Translations under genes and position numbers: made by a program
Notes under the pieces: generated by a model
Told to the model about the DNA's origin: nothing
The model's database searches: none
The model's input: only the letters and a program-made list of their open reading frames with translations
From: Candidatus Neoanaerotignum tabaqchaliae
GTDB lineage: Bacteria > Bacillota > Clostridia > Lachnospirales > Anaerotignaceae
Assembly: GCA_904420235.1 (NCBI GenBank)
Contig: CAJFUS010000160.1
Span: 1-38,614 of the forward strand
Length of the DNA: 38,614 nucleotides
Direction: 5' to 3'
Shown: positions 1-8,526 of the stretch, piece by piece
How the letters are laid out: the number at the start of each line of letters is the position of its first letter
How positions within the stretch are numbered: position 1 is the first letter of the stretch

Positions 1-107
1 TATACACTTGCACAATAAATGTTAAACATGTTGCGATTTAAAGTAAGTAATACTTTTGATAAAATAAACTAAACATAAAATTTATTTAAATCTAAGGAGG
101 GATTTTT

Positions 108-887
108 ATGTTACTTGAGGAAATGACATACGAGGAAGTAAAAAAATATTTTGAAGACGGTAACGATATGGTTATAATACCTTGCGGCTCAACCGAACAG
201 CATGGCTGCCACATGGTTCTTGGAACAGATTTTCATATAGCCAAAGAATTTGCCAAAAGAATTTCAGACAGAACAGGTATTATGGTTGCCCCAACTGTAA
301 ACTATGGATATACAGAGTATCATAAACAAAACTTCCCAGGAACAATAGGATTTGACCAAGATTTACTTTATGATATATATTTTTCTGTGGCTGAACAGCT
401 TATAAATATGGGAGCTAAAAAAATTATATTTATGAATGGACATGGAGGAAACAGCTATCCTTTAAAAAGAGTATCAATGAATTTAAGAATAAAGCATAAT
501 GTAATGGGATTAATTCTTGATTGGTGGAGCATTGCAGGTCAGATTAAACCCGAATGGGAAGAACTTGGCCACGCAGGAAAGCCTGAAACAGCTGCAATGA
601 TGTATCTTTTCCCTGATTATGTACATACTGACAGAATAAGATTTGAAGGCTTTAAGACATTAGCTGACGGAGTTGAAACAAAGGGCAGCGCTACATTTGG
701 CTATAAGGGTGTAAATTATGGAATATGGCTTAACACAATAGATATTACAGGACAGTGCGGAAACTATGGAGAAGACCCTAAGTTGGCAACTCTTCAAATG
801 GGACATGACAGTGTTGAGGCTGTAATTGACCATATAGTTGATTTTATAACCAATGGATTTGCGAAAATGGAGATAGAAAAGAATTAA
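108..887 (+). CDS. Creatininase-family (creatinine amidohydrolase-like) metal-dependent amidohydrolase
   Basis: Motifs GSTEQHGxH...GTD, NGHGGN and GHAGxxET typical of the creatininase/MftE/ArfB family; AAGGAGG RBS upstream. Confidence 0.9.
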   Translation: MLLEEMTYEEVKKYFEDGNDMVIIPCGSTEQHGCHMVLGTDFHIAKEFAKRISDRTGIMVAPTVNYGYTEYHKQNFPGTIGFDQDLLYDIYFSVAEQLINMGAKKIIFMNGHGGNSYPLKRVSMNLRIKHNVMGLILDWWSIAGQIKPEWEELGHAGKPETAAMMYLFPDYVHTDRIRFEGFKTLADGVETKGSATFGYKGVNYGIWLNTIDITGQCGNYGEDPKLATLQMGHDSVEAVIDHIVDFITNGFAKMEIEKN

Positions 888-899
888 ATAAGTTTTAAA

Positions 900-936
900 A
901 TAAAAACAGGCAGGATGTATTTCTGCCTGTTTTTAT
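900..936. terminator. Bidirectional intrinsic terminator
   Basis: Perfect 14-bp inverted repeat ATAAAAACAGGCAG/CTGCCTGTTTTTAT between convergent genes, T-tracts on both strands. Confidence 0.85.
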
Positions 937-969
937 GTAGTTTAAAAATTGTTTATTAGTCTTAAGTCA

Positions 970-1434
970 TCATTTAAAGGAATCATTACTTCTATTATGC
1001 TTAAAAAAGAACATATACGAGGGAAGCAGGTATATTATCATAAATGACGCCATTATTATGCCAGCGAATTTAAAGGCCTTTACTGTTTGAGAAAAAGAAT
1101 AGTACATATCGTTTTGAAGTATGCCCTTCATTATATTATACATTTGTGAGCCGGGTACAAGAGGTATTACAGAGGGCACAAAAAACAGTGTAAATGGCAT
1201 ATTAAATTTATGGGAGCACACACGGGAAAAGGCCGCCACAAAAAGGGACGACACAAAAACGCCGAATGACTCTATATCTGTTGCGTGATAAAGTCCTATA
1301 TAAATAACCCAAGCAAAGCCGCCGCACACAGCACAGTAAATTATTTTTGACCGCGGGGCATTGAACAATATGGCAAAAGATATTGATGTTATGGCAGAAA
1401 ATATGAAATCGGTGAAAGGATTATCAATAACCAT
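970..1434 (-). CDS. Threonine/serine exporter family, small subunit (ThrE_2 / YjjB-like)
   Basis: Hydrophobic 154 aa; FAILFNAP and P-x-V-I-P-L-V-P-G motifs; directly follows the ThrE large subunit. Confidence 0.85.
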   Translation of the reverse strand: MVIDNPFTDFIFSAITSISFAILFNAPRSKIIYCAVCGGFAWVIYIGLYHATDIESFGVFVSSLFVAAFSRVCSHKFNMPFTLFFVPSVIPLVPGSQMYNIMKGILQNDMYYSFSQTVKAFKFAGIIMASFMIIYLLPSYMFFFKHNRSNDSFK

Positions 1435-1458
1435 AATTTATTAATTTCCTCCTGTTTT

Positions 1459-2226
1459 TTACAATACATTTCCAAAAAGCCATAAAACCGTTATAACTCC
1501 GGCAGCTATGCCTATGGAAGTTAAAAGAGCTTCAACTATTTTTGCTGTGCCGGATATATAGTCGCCATACATAAGGTCTCTTACGGCCATTGTTATTGCA
1601 AAGCCCGGAACAAGGGGCATAAGCGAGCCTATTATAACACTGTTGTAATTGTCGGCTATGCCTATTGAATAAAATATATAAGCTATTGCCGATATTATAG
1701 CGCTTCCTATGGCGTTTGTGAAAAAAGGTGATAAATCATCATATTTACCCATAATCTCCATGGCTGCGCCTTGAAAAATGCCGGCTATTCCGGCCGTAAA
1801 CGCGTCCATAACCGTTCCCCTGAAAAGTATTGTAAAGGCCAAGGATATTAATGAGTAAGAAAAAATTCTGACATGAGTCTTAAAATCCGTAAGGGCGTCT
1901 ATGGCTTCAAGCTCGTCAATGCACTGCTGCAATGGCTCTCTGTGATATATATATCTTATAGCCACATTATCGCAGGCAATAACCTTTTCAAGATTTACCC
2001 TGCGGCCATGTATAACTGTTGTTTTTGTAAAAGCCTCTCCGTCCTCTGTTGATATTGTGACGGATATGTATGTAGGCACAACAAAAGCCTGAGCCGTATA
2101 TTTGCCATCGCGGGACACAATTTTTTGTATCGTCTGCTCGGTGCGCTGTATCTCTGCCCCATTTTTTACCATTATATCGCCCAGTTCAACAACAAACCTA
2201 AGAATATTTTTCTCATGATTATTCAT
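1459..2226 (-). CDS. Threonine/serine exporter family, large subunit (ThrE / YjjP-like)
   Basis: G-x-x-M-x-x-N-G-A-E-I-x-R-x-E N-terminus; MPLVPG...AVRDLMYGD C-terminal TM motif. Confidence 0.9.
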   Translation of the reverse strand: MNNHEKNILRFVVELGDIMVKNGAEIQRTEQTIQKIVSRDGKYTAQAFVVPTYISVTISTEDGEAFTKTTVIHGRRVNLEKVIACDNVAIRYIYHREPLQQCIDELEAIDALTDFKTHVRIFSYSLISLAFTILFRGTVMDAFTAGIAGIFQGAAMEIMGKYDDLSPFFTNAIGSAIISAIAYIFYSIGIADNYNSVIIGSLMPLVPGFAITMAVRDLMYGDYISGTAKIVEALLTSIGIAAGVITVLWLFGNVL

Positions 2227-2290
2227 ATTGCCGCTCCCGAACCTTTACCCCTTAAAACCCTTTTTAAACAATTCAAAATATACGCTATAT

Positions 2291-2319
2291 ATGATAATAT
2301 ACGTTAAAGCAATATTCAA
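2291..2319 (-). promoter_or_regulatory. Sigma-A promoter for the thrE pair
   Basis: TTGAAT-N17-TATCAT on the minus strand. Confidence 0.55.
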
Positions 2320-2402
2320 TCGTCATTTTTTAATATATTTTTTAAAATATTGAAACTTTTTTACTGTGAGTTTTTCCTATGATTTCTGTATATATAAAAA
2401 TT

Positions 2403-4097
2403 TTAAAAGCATATAGTTCCGCCATATATAAACTGTTTGGCGCATATGGGGTTTGCTTCCGACGCCCAAGGCGATATGGTGTTTGGATGAGCGTTAAATG
2501 CCGGAAAATCGGAACTTGTGATGTCAAGCCGTATACGCTTTCCTTTTTTTATTAAAACACATATATGGCTTAAAGTGAATGATATTTCCACGGGCGTATT
2601 TGGTTTGCCGCTTTGTCCCTCGGCGCTTAATGAAGTTATTGAACCCCTAAGGTGATAGAACTGTCCCAATTTTTCCTCTGTTGAAACTTTTACGAAAAAC
2701 GCTGTGTCAGGCGCAGATGTTGACACTGTAAGTTTAACGATTATTTTGTTTTCTATTAATGTATCTTTTTCAAAAGGCCGAGAAATAAGTGTTACAACAT
2801 CCTCTCTAAATCCAGAGGCAGGCTGCAATCTTCTGCCCTCGGCTGTTTTTTTATGTTTATGATATATGTAATCGGTAAGTATAAATTCACTGCCGCAGGT
2901 TTTAACTGGGTTAAGAGGGTTATATGTATAAGATATGGGCTTCTGCTTTCGTGGTTCTGTCTCGGAAAGTTCCATTTTGCTGATGTCAATGTATAATTTG
3001 TTTTTAAGATTGTCCGTTTCAGTTCCGAATTTATTTTTAAATGTTATATATTTGTCCATACCATATATATAAGCGTCAATACAGCCCTCGTTTACATCCT
3101 GAAAATAGTTTTGACCCTTTAAATGGTGGCCAAACCAGTTGAGTTTTGAAATCACAAATCTGGGGCCTACTATGTCAAAGGCCTTTGATGTTTCAAAATC
3201 AGCGCATAATCCCTGCTTGTGGTTTGTAGGTGTTATTATCATATAACTTTTTTCACGGGTTTGAGGATTAAGACTGTTCCATGAATTTATCATGCCGCTT
3301 AAATGAGGGTCATACCAGCCAGCGTGAAAAAGCAAAGGAACGGATATTTTTTGGGATATGCCTTTAAGAACCCCATATGGACCTTCATTCCATATGGGGT
3401 TTTCCCGACTGCTTTCGCTAATCCAGCTTCTATACCAGTCTATGGGTTTGCCCAATACATCAACATCGGCCGTTATTTGTGGAATGTGGTTAAGCATTTT
3501 GTCATAGGCCTCGCTTGGCGGAAATTTTGGTTTTTTTATTCCTGAGTTATAGGCTGTCCAGCCGGCATAAGCCTCTAAGTGAAACATACCGTTTGTATAA
3601 AGCAAATCATATCTATATGGACTAAACACCTCAAAATTAAGGGTTTTAACCTCAGTGGGAAGAATATCGGACAAAAGATATTGGCACATCGTTAAATATG
3701 AAGTACCTGTAAGTCCTATGTTTCCGTCGCACCAAGGCTGAGTTTTTATGTAATTTAGGGTATCAATGCCGTCACTTCTCTCGTTGGAGCCGGGCTCCCA
3801 CTTTCCCTCGCTTCCAAAACAGCCTCTACAACTTTGTGCTATACAAATATATCCGTAAAAGGCCATTTCGTGAAAGAATCTTAAACTTTCCATACCATAA
3901 GGCGTTCTTGTTAATATTACAGGCAGTTTTTCCATGCCAACAGGGAAGGCTCCTTTGCAGAAAAGTTTGATGCCGTCGGACATAGGGATATAAAAATCTT
4001 TTATCTCAATTTCATTAAATTCCGGTTTTATAGGAATACTATCAGTTATGTCTTTTATATAAGGCGTTAGTTTGATTTCATCAAAAGAGATATTCAT
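2403..4097 (-). CDS. CocE/NonD family serine hydrolase (peptidase S15-like)
   Basis: IPMSDGIKL, RTPYG, RGCFGSEG, nucleophile GTSY, GWYD, RIRLDITSSDFP; no signal peptide. Confidence 0.9.
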   Translation of the reverse strand: MNISFDEIKLTPYIKDITDSIPIKPEFNEIEIKDFYIPMSDGIKLFCKGAFPVGMEKLPVILTRTPYGMESLRFFHEMAFYGYICIAQSCRGCFGSEGKWEPGSNERSDGIDTLNYIKTQPWCDGNIGLTGTSYLTMCQYLLSDILPTEVKTLNFEVFSPYRYDLLYTNGMFHLEAYAGWTAYNSGIKKPKFPPSEAYDKMLNHIPQITADVDVLGKPIDWYRSWISESSRENPIWNEGPYGVLKGISQKISVPLLFHAGWYDPHLSGMINSWNSLNPQTREKSYMIITPTNHKQGLCADFETSKAFDIVGPRFVISKLNWFGHHLKGQNYFQDVNEGCIDAYIYGMDKYITFKNKFGTETDNLKNKLYIDISKMELSETEPRKQKPISYTYNPLNPVKTCGSEFILTDYIYHKHKKTAEGRRLQPASGFREDVVTLISRPFEKDTLIENKIIVKLTVSTSAPDTAFFVKVSTEEKLGQFYHLRGSITSLSAEGQSGKPNTPVEISFTLSHICVLIKKGKRIRLDITSSDFPAFNAHPNTISPWASEANPICAKQFIYGGTICF

Positions 4098-4126
4098 ATA
4101 TAATCATTTCCTTTTTTCATTTTTAG

Positions 4127-5050
4127 CTACATAAGCATTGTAAACAGTGGTATTGTTATTAAACAGAAAATGTTTGACAGCATAACGCACTTTGTGGCAA
4201 AAGGAACATCACCGTTAAAATTCTCAGCAAATATGGCACATAAAGAACCTGCCGGCATTCCCATCATAAGTATAAATACAGCCGAGAACATATCGTCAAT
4301 TCCTATTATTACTTTAAGCAGAACAAAAGCAAAAGCAGGGAAGAACAGAAGTCTTAAAATGCAAAGTATATATATTCGTTTGTCTCCTATAAACTCACCA
4401 AATTTCATTTGCGAAAGCTGAGCGCCTATTATGAACATAGCTAAAGGAGTCATACAGTCAGCAATATATTCTATGGGGATGGAAAGCACATCTGGCAGAC
4501 GTATACCTGTTACAAATATAAAAATTCCCAATACGATAGAAAGAGTTGGGGGATTGACAAATCCTTTCAGACTTACATTTGATTTATATCCAGTTGACAG
4601 GCCGACCAAAGTGAGAACAAGTGTGTAGGAAAATATATCGTTTGCTATTTCACATAAAGATAAATAAAAAAGAGAAGAGTCACCAAAAAGCGAACTTACA
4701 AGAGGTATGCCTATAAAGCCGGTGTTTGGCACAGAAAGCATACATATAACAAGAGCGGTTTCTATTTTATTTAGATTCATCAGTTTTTTTACAGCAAAAG
4801 CTATAAAAAGAGCAATAATAATCATAACTGTCCACATTAGTATACATATAAACATACTTTGCGCCAAATTATATGAAAATTCTATCTGAAGTGAGTCTAT
4901 TATAAGAGCCGGTATACACAGATTTATTACAATTGATGAAAGACCTTTTGTAATATGGCTGTCACATATTTTAAGTTTGCCGAATATAAATCCCGGCAAT
5001 ATTAAAAAAGCAACAATAGCTAAAGACTTTACTATTTGATAAATTCCCAT
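4127..5050 (-). CDS. AEC (auxin efflux carrier) family transporter
   Basis: About 10 TM segments; NTGFIGIP, NPP, PLAMFIIG, MP motifs; start moved to ATG 5050 (MGIYQ) behind GGAGG at 5058-5062. Confidence 0.9.
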   Translation of the reverse strand: MGIYQIVKSLAIVAFLILPGFIFGKLKICDSHITKGLSSIVINLCIPALIIDSLQIEFSYNLAQSMFICILMWTVMIIIALFIAFAVKKLMNLNKIETALVICMLSVPNTGFIGIPLVSSLFGDSSLFYLSLCEIANDIFSYTLVLTLVGLSTGYKSNVSLKGFVNPPTLSIVLGIFIFVTGIRLPDVLSIPIEYIADCMTPLAMFIIGAQLSQMKFGEFIGDKRIYILCILRLLFFPAFAFVLLKVIIGIDDMFSAVFILMMGMPAGSLCAIFAENFNGDVPFATKCVMLSNIFCLITIPLFTMLM

Positions 5051-5089
5051 TTCAACGCCTCCAGTGCCAATAAAAAATATTATATTAAA

Positions 5090-5118
5090 ATTATAATAAA
5101 GGGCCTTTAAAAATGCAA
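5090..5118 (-). promoter_or_regulatory. Sigma-A promoter for the AEC-CocE operon
   Basis: TTGCAT-N17-TATAAT on the minus strand. Confidence 0.7.
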
Positions 5119-5130
5119 TAAAATGCAATA
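5111..5130. repeat. Tandem 10-bp direct repeat overlapping the AEC promoter -35
   Basis: AAATGCAATA x2. Confidence 0.6.
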
Positions 5131-5182
5131 AATTAACAAAGTCTGTTTTTATGAGAATTCTTTAACAAACGGCTTTAAAATC

Positions 5183-5211
5183 TTGTAAATTGAGCCACTG
5201 TATGGTACAAT
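5183..5211 (+). promoter_or_regulatory. Sigma-A promoter (extended -10) for the IlvD-family gene
   Basis: TTGTAA-N17-TACAAT with TG at 5203-5204. Confidence 0.7.
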
Positions 5212-5268
5212 TTATGGTGTAAAACTTGTGCTTTAATTTTTACAAATTAAAGGGGGAAATTTAATAAC

Positions 5269-6939
5269 ATGGCAAAGAAAAGCGATATAACAACAAAGGG
5301 CCTTGAAAGGGCCACACACAGGGCATTATATTACTCAATGGGACTTCTTCCAGAAGACCTTGAGAAACCAATTATAGGCGTTGTAAATGCCCAAAACGAA
5401 ACAATGCCGGGACACAGGCATCTTGACATTATAGCAAGAGCCGTTAAGGAGGGCATTATAGCAGCAGGCGGAACTCCGATAGAGTTTCCTACAATAGGTA
5501 TATGCGATGGTATAGCTCAAGGAAATTATGGCATGCACTATCCTCTTGCCAGCCGCGAGCTTATTGCCGACTCTGTTGAGTGTATGATGAACGGACACAG
5601 CTTTGACGCTATGGTTATGATACCTGACTGCGACAAAATTACACCGGGAATGATTATAGCCGCAGCAAGGCTTGACGTTCCTACAATAATTTGTTCAGGT
5701 GGCGTTATGGCAACAGGCTGCATGGACGGCGAGAAAGTTGGATATACAGACCTTATGGAAGCCTCAGGCCTTGTTCAAAGAGGAATTAAAACAAATGAGT
5801 GGCTTTCAGAACTTGAGCAAAGAGCTCTTCCAGGCTGCGGAGCTTGCAACCTTCTTGGAACAGCCAACTCAATGAATTTCCTTACAGAGGCTCTTGGACT
5901 TTGCCTTCCAGGCGCCACTCTTCCGGCTATGAGCGGAATGAAACTTGCTGTTGCCAAAAGAACTGGTATGCAGATTATGGAGCTTTGGAAAAAAGGCATT
6001 ACAGCTAAACAAATACTTAATGAAAAAGCTGTTCACAACGCACTTGTTGTTGACATGGCAATAGGCGGTTCGTCAAATACAATGCTTCACTTTGCAGCTA
6101 TCTGCAATGAGGCAGGAATTCCGTTCAGCTTTGACGAAGTTGAGAGAATAGCCGCTATCACTCCTCATCTTGTAAAACTTAAACCTTCTGGTCCTCATTA
6201 TCCGGCAGACTTTGACAACGCCGGAGGCGTTACAGCCCTTATGGCAAGGCTTAAAGAGTATGGCCTTATTGAGGACAACCTTACGGTTACAGGCAAAACA
6301 GTTTATGAGAATATTGAGGGACATGTTGTTAAGGACGAGGATGTTATCCGCACAAAGGAAACAGCCTACAGCCTTACAGGCGGACTTAAAATACTTTACG
6401 GCAATCTTGCCACAGAAGGCGCCGTTTGTAAAAAAGCCGGTGTTGTTCCGGAAATGCTTAAACATACAGGTCCTGCAAGGGTATTTGACCAAGAGGAGCC
6501 TGCTGTTAAGGCAATTTATAACGGTGAGATTAAACCTGGCGATGTTGTTGTTATTAGATATGAAGGACCTAAAGGTGGCCCTGGAATGAGAGAAATGCTT
6601 ACTCCTACATCCGCTATTATAGGTATGGGTCTTGGCTCGTCAGTTGCCCTTATCACTGATGGACGTTTCTCGGGAGCTACAAGAGGAGCCGCTATCGGCC
6701 ATGTTTCTCCTGAAGCCGCAGAGGGCGGACTTATAGCCTTTGTTAAAGACGGAGACAGCATATCAATAGATATAGAAGCTGGCGTTGTTACTCTTAATGT
6801 TCCTGAAGAGGAAATTGAGAAAAGAAAAATTGGCTGGGAGCCTCATAAGCCTCCTGTAAAACCTGGCAGCTATCTTGACAGATACTCAAAGATGGTTTCA
6901 TCAGCTATGTCAGGCGCTGTATTTAAAAGAAATTGGTAA
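5269..6939 (+). CDS. ilvD: IlvD/Edd-family dihydroxy-acid dehydratase (divergent active-site motifs)
   Basis: [46 protein letters not shown]; family certain, substrate uncertain. Confidence 0.85.
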   Translation: MAKKSDITTKGLERATHRALYYSMGLLPEDLEKPIIGVVNAQNETMPGHRHLDIIARAVKEGIIAAGGTPIEFPTIGICDGIAQGNYGMHYPLASRELIADSVECMMNGHSFDAMVMIPDCDKITPGMIIAAARLDVPTIICSGGVMATGCMDGEKVGYTDLMEASGLVQRGIKTNEWLSELEQRALPGCGACNLLGTANSMNFLTEALGLCLPGATLPAMSGMKLAVAKRTGMQIMELWKKGITAKQILNEKAVHNALVVDMAIGGSSNTMLHFAAICNEAGIPFSFDEVERIAAITPHLVKLKPSGPHYPADFDNAGGVTALMARLKEYGLIEDNLTVTGKTVYENIEGHVVKDEDVIRTKETAYSLTGGLKILYGNLATEGAVCKKAGVVPEMLKHTGPARVFDQEEPAVKAIYNGEIKPGDVVVIRYEGPKGGPGMREMLTPTSAIIGMGLGSSVALITDGRFSGATRGAAIGHVSPEAAEGGLIAFVKDGDSISIDIEAGVVTLNVPEEEIEKRKIGWEPHKPPVKPGSYLDRYSKMVSSAMSGAVFKRNW

Positions 6940-6950
6940 TTTATAACTTT

Positions 6951-6978
6951 AAGCGGGTCTTTTGAAGGCCCGCTTTTT
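6951..6978 (+). terminator. Intrinsic terminator after the IlvD-family gene
   Basis: AAGCGGGTCTT-loop-AAGGCCCGCTT followed by T-tract. Confidence 0.85.
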
Positions 6979-7056
6979 GTGTTTGAAAATTATGTTGTAA
7001 CTAAATAATTTGATAGGTGAGCAAAATAATTAATTTATATTTAGAGGTAATTAAAT

Positions 7057-7227
7057 ATGATTATTAGCATAATTGCGCTTATTATAGGAATTTTGATTAT
7101 TATAGAAGGCGGATATCGTCTTTCCAAAGAAAGAAACGGTGACGAGTCAAAAAAGATATACATTATCACCTGTTTGGCAGGTTCCACTATGGCTGCTGCA
7201 GCACTGGTAAAAATGTTTGTTTTTTAA
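7057..7227 (+). CDS. Small two-TM membrane protein, 56 aa (not in ORF track)
   Basis: AGAGGT RBS at 7043-7048; MIISIIALIIGILIIIEGGYRLSKERNGDESKKIYIITCLAGSTMAAAALVKMFVF has two hydrophobic helices and a charged loop. Confidence 0.7.
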   Translation: MIISIIALIIGILIIIEGGYRLSKERNGDESKKIYIITCLAGSTMAAAALVKMFVF

Positions 7228-7262
7228 TAGATATGTTTATAGGACGAAAAAAGATTTATAAG

Positions 7263-7316
7263 AAATAATAGAAGTAAATCTATAAATTAGAATATTATGA
7301 TTTACTTCTATTATTT
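7263..7316. terminator. Long AT-rich hairpin, probable bidirectional terminator
   Basis: Perfect 18-bp inverted repeat AAATAATAGAAGTAAATC/GATTTACTTCTATTATTT with 18-nt loop, between convergent genes. Confidence 0.7.
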
Positions 7317-7325
7317 TATTATGCT

Positions 7326-7754
7326 TTAGTTTACACTGCATTTTTCAAGCTCTTGAAGCTTAGCACCTATTCGTAAAATCGCTTCCGTGTCGTCTTTTCC
7401 AAGAAATTTCTCCATATCCTCTTGAGCCTTCTGCCATATAGGAATAGCTTTTTCCAGAATGTTGGCGCCTTCGTCTGACAAGGAAAATGTTTTTCCGTGT
7501 CCGTCGGTTTCAACGATAAGGCCATGTGTTTGCAAAGGTTTTATGTTTCTTACCATTGTGCTTCTGTCAAGGCCAACAAATTCTGACCAGTGAGTTATGT
7601 TTGCAGAGCCAAGGCGCGACAAGTTTATTAAAAGATAGTATTGCGCCACTGTAAGTCCAACGTTTTTAAGAGCAGAACTGTAAAAGTCGGATATTTTGTT
7701 GGCACTGCGTCTTAAATTTGTGCAATAGCACTTGCTTTTGTAAGGTTCTGTCAT
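7326..7754 (-). CDS. MarR-family transcriptional regulator with N-terminal CxC motif
   Basis: CYCTNLRR, GLTVAQY, LDRSTMVRNIKPL winged HTH. Confidence 0.9.
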   Translation of the reverse strand: MTEPYKSKCYCTNLRRSANKISDFYSSALKNVGLTVAQYYLLINLSRLGSANITHWSEFVGLDRSTMVRNIKPLQTHGLIVETDGHGKTFSLSDEGANILEKAIPIWQKAQEDMEKFLGKDDTEAILRIGAKLQELEKCSVN

Positions 7755-7774
7755 TTATTTTATCCTTTCATGTT

Positions 7775-8323
7775 TTAATCGTGAAATATGCCTCTGTCAA
7801 AGAATATATTTTTGCCGGAAATTGAAATAGGTATTCCAAGCCATAAAACGTCATCGGTATATCCCATTTCGGACGCGGTTTTTCCCACGGAATACATTAT
7901 ACGACAGTCAACCATATCTGCCGCGGCTGAAGTTACTGCCGAGGATACGGCTATTCCAAGGTCGACATATGAAAAAGCGCAGTTTGCGCCGGAATTTTCG
8001 CAGTTTGAACAGTTGCCGAAACCGCAGTATCCGCAATGAGGCACGCCTCTATGCTTTTTGTCGGCGCCTATAAGTACAACTGCCTGTGCCCGACGTATGT
8101 TGTTGGCATCGCGTCCATACCATGTGGGCATTTTATCACCCATTTCTCGCAGGCCTACTTCCTCCATTTTTTGGGCCAAACGCTCTTTTTCGTCTCCTGT
8201 AAGTACAAGGGTATGCAAAGTGTCTTTCCCATGTCCCTTTGGAGCCGTTCTGGTGGCGGCGCACATTTTTGCGGCTGTTTGCAAAGCCGCTTTTTCTTCC
8301 ATATACTCGCTTTCATACATCAT
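7775..8323 (-). CDS. DUF2148-like ferredoxin-domain protein (nitroreductase-like fold with Cys cluster)
   Basis: RTAPKGHG, CGYCGFGNC..C....C, DLGIAVSSA, DCRIMYSVG, KNIFFDR; start moved to ATG 8323 behind GGAGGG at 8331-8336. Confidence 0.8.
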   Translation of the reverse strand: MMYESEYMEEKAALQTAAKMCAATRTAPKGHGKDTLHTLVLTGDEKERLAQKMEEVGLREMGDKMPTWYGRDANNIRRAQAVVLIGADKKHRGVPHCGYCGFGNCSNCENSGANCAFSYVDLGIAVSSAVTSAAADMVDCRIMYSVGKTASEMGYTDDVLWLGIPISISGKNIFFDRGIFHD

Positions 8324-8342
8324 AATAATTCCCTCCGTATAT

Positions 8343-8365
8343 TGTATATACACTGTGTATATACA
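8343..8365. promoter_or_regulatory. Probable MarR operator palindrome
   Basis: Perfect 11-1-11 palindrome TGTATATACAC-T-GTGTATATACA immediately downstream of the -10. Confidence 0.75.
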
Positions 8366-8366
8366 T

Positions 8367-8395
8367 ATATTAGACTGCTTTAAGCTGTTTGTCAA
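8367..8395 (-). promoter_or_regulatory. Sigma-A promoter for the DUF2148-MarR operon
   Basis: TTGACA-N17-TAATAT on the minus strand. Confidence 0.75.
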
Positions 8396-8418
8396 TAGGA
8401 ATTTAATATTTTTATTAT

Positions 8419-8453
8419 TAAAATAAGCCCAACTTTTAAAGTTGAGCTTATTT
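8419..8453 (-). terminator. Intrinsic terminator of the GNAT-ldh-small protein operon
   Basis: Minus strand AAATAAGCTCAACT-loop-AGTTGGGCTTATTTT; the single mismatch is a G-U wobble only on the minus strand. Confidence 0.75.
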
Positions 8454-8526
8454 GCATGGCAATAATTTAAAAAATTAACTGCGAAAGTTATTGAAAACAA
8501 AGTATATAATGCAATGACTGCTTAAA

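Noticed and set aside
1-12. TTGCA at the window edge as a sigma-54 -12 element
   Set aside because: The -24 element would lie outside the window and the visible bases do not fit the consensus spacing
5051-5128. N-terminal extension of the AEC ORF in the track
   Set aside because: Overlaps its own promoter; the RBS supports ATG 5050
8324-8500. N-terminal extension of the DUF2148-like ORF in the track
   Set aside because: Runs through the operator, promoter and an upstream terminator; the RBS supports ATG 8323
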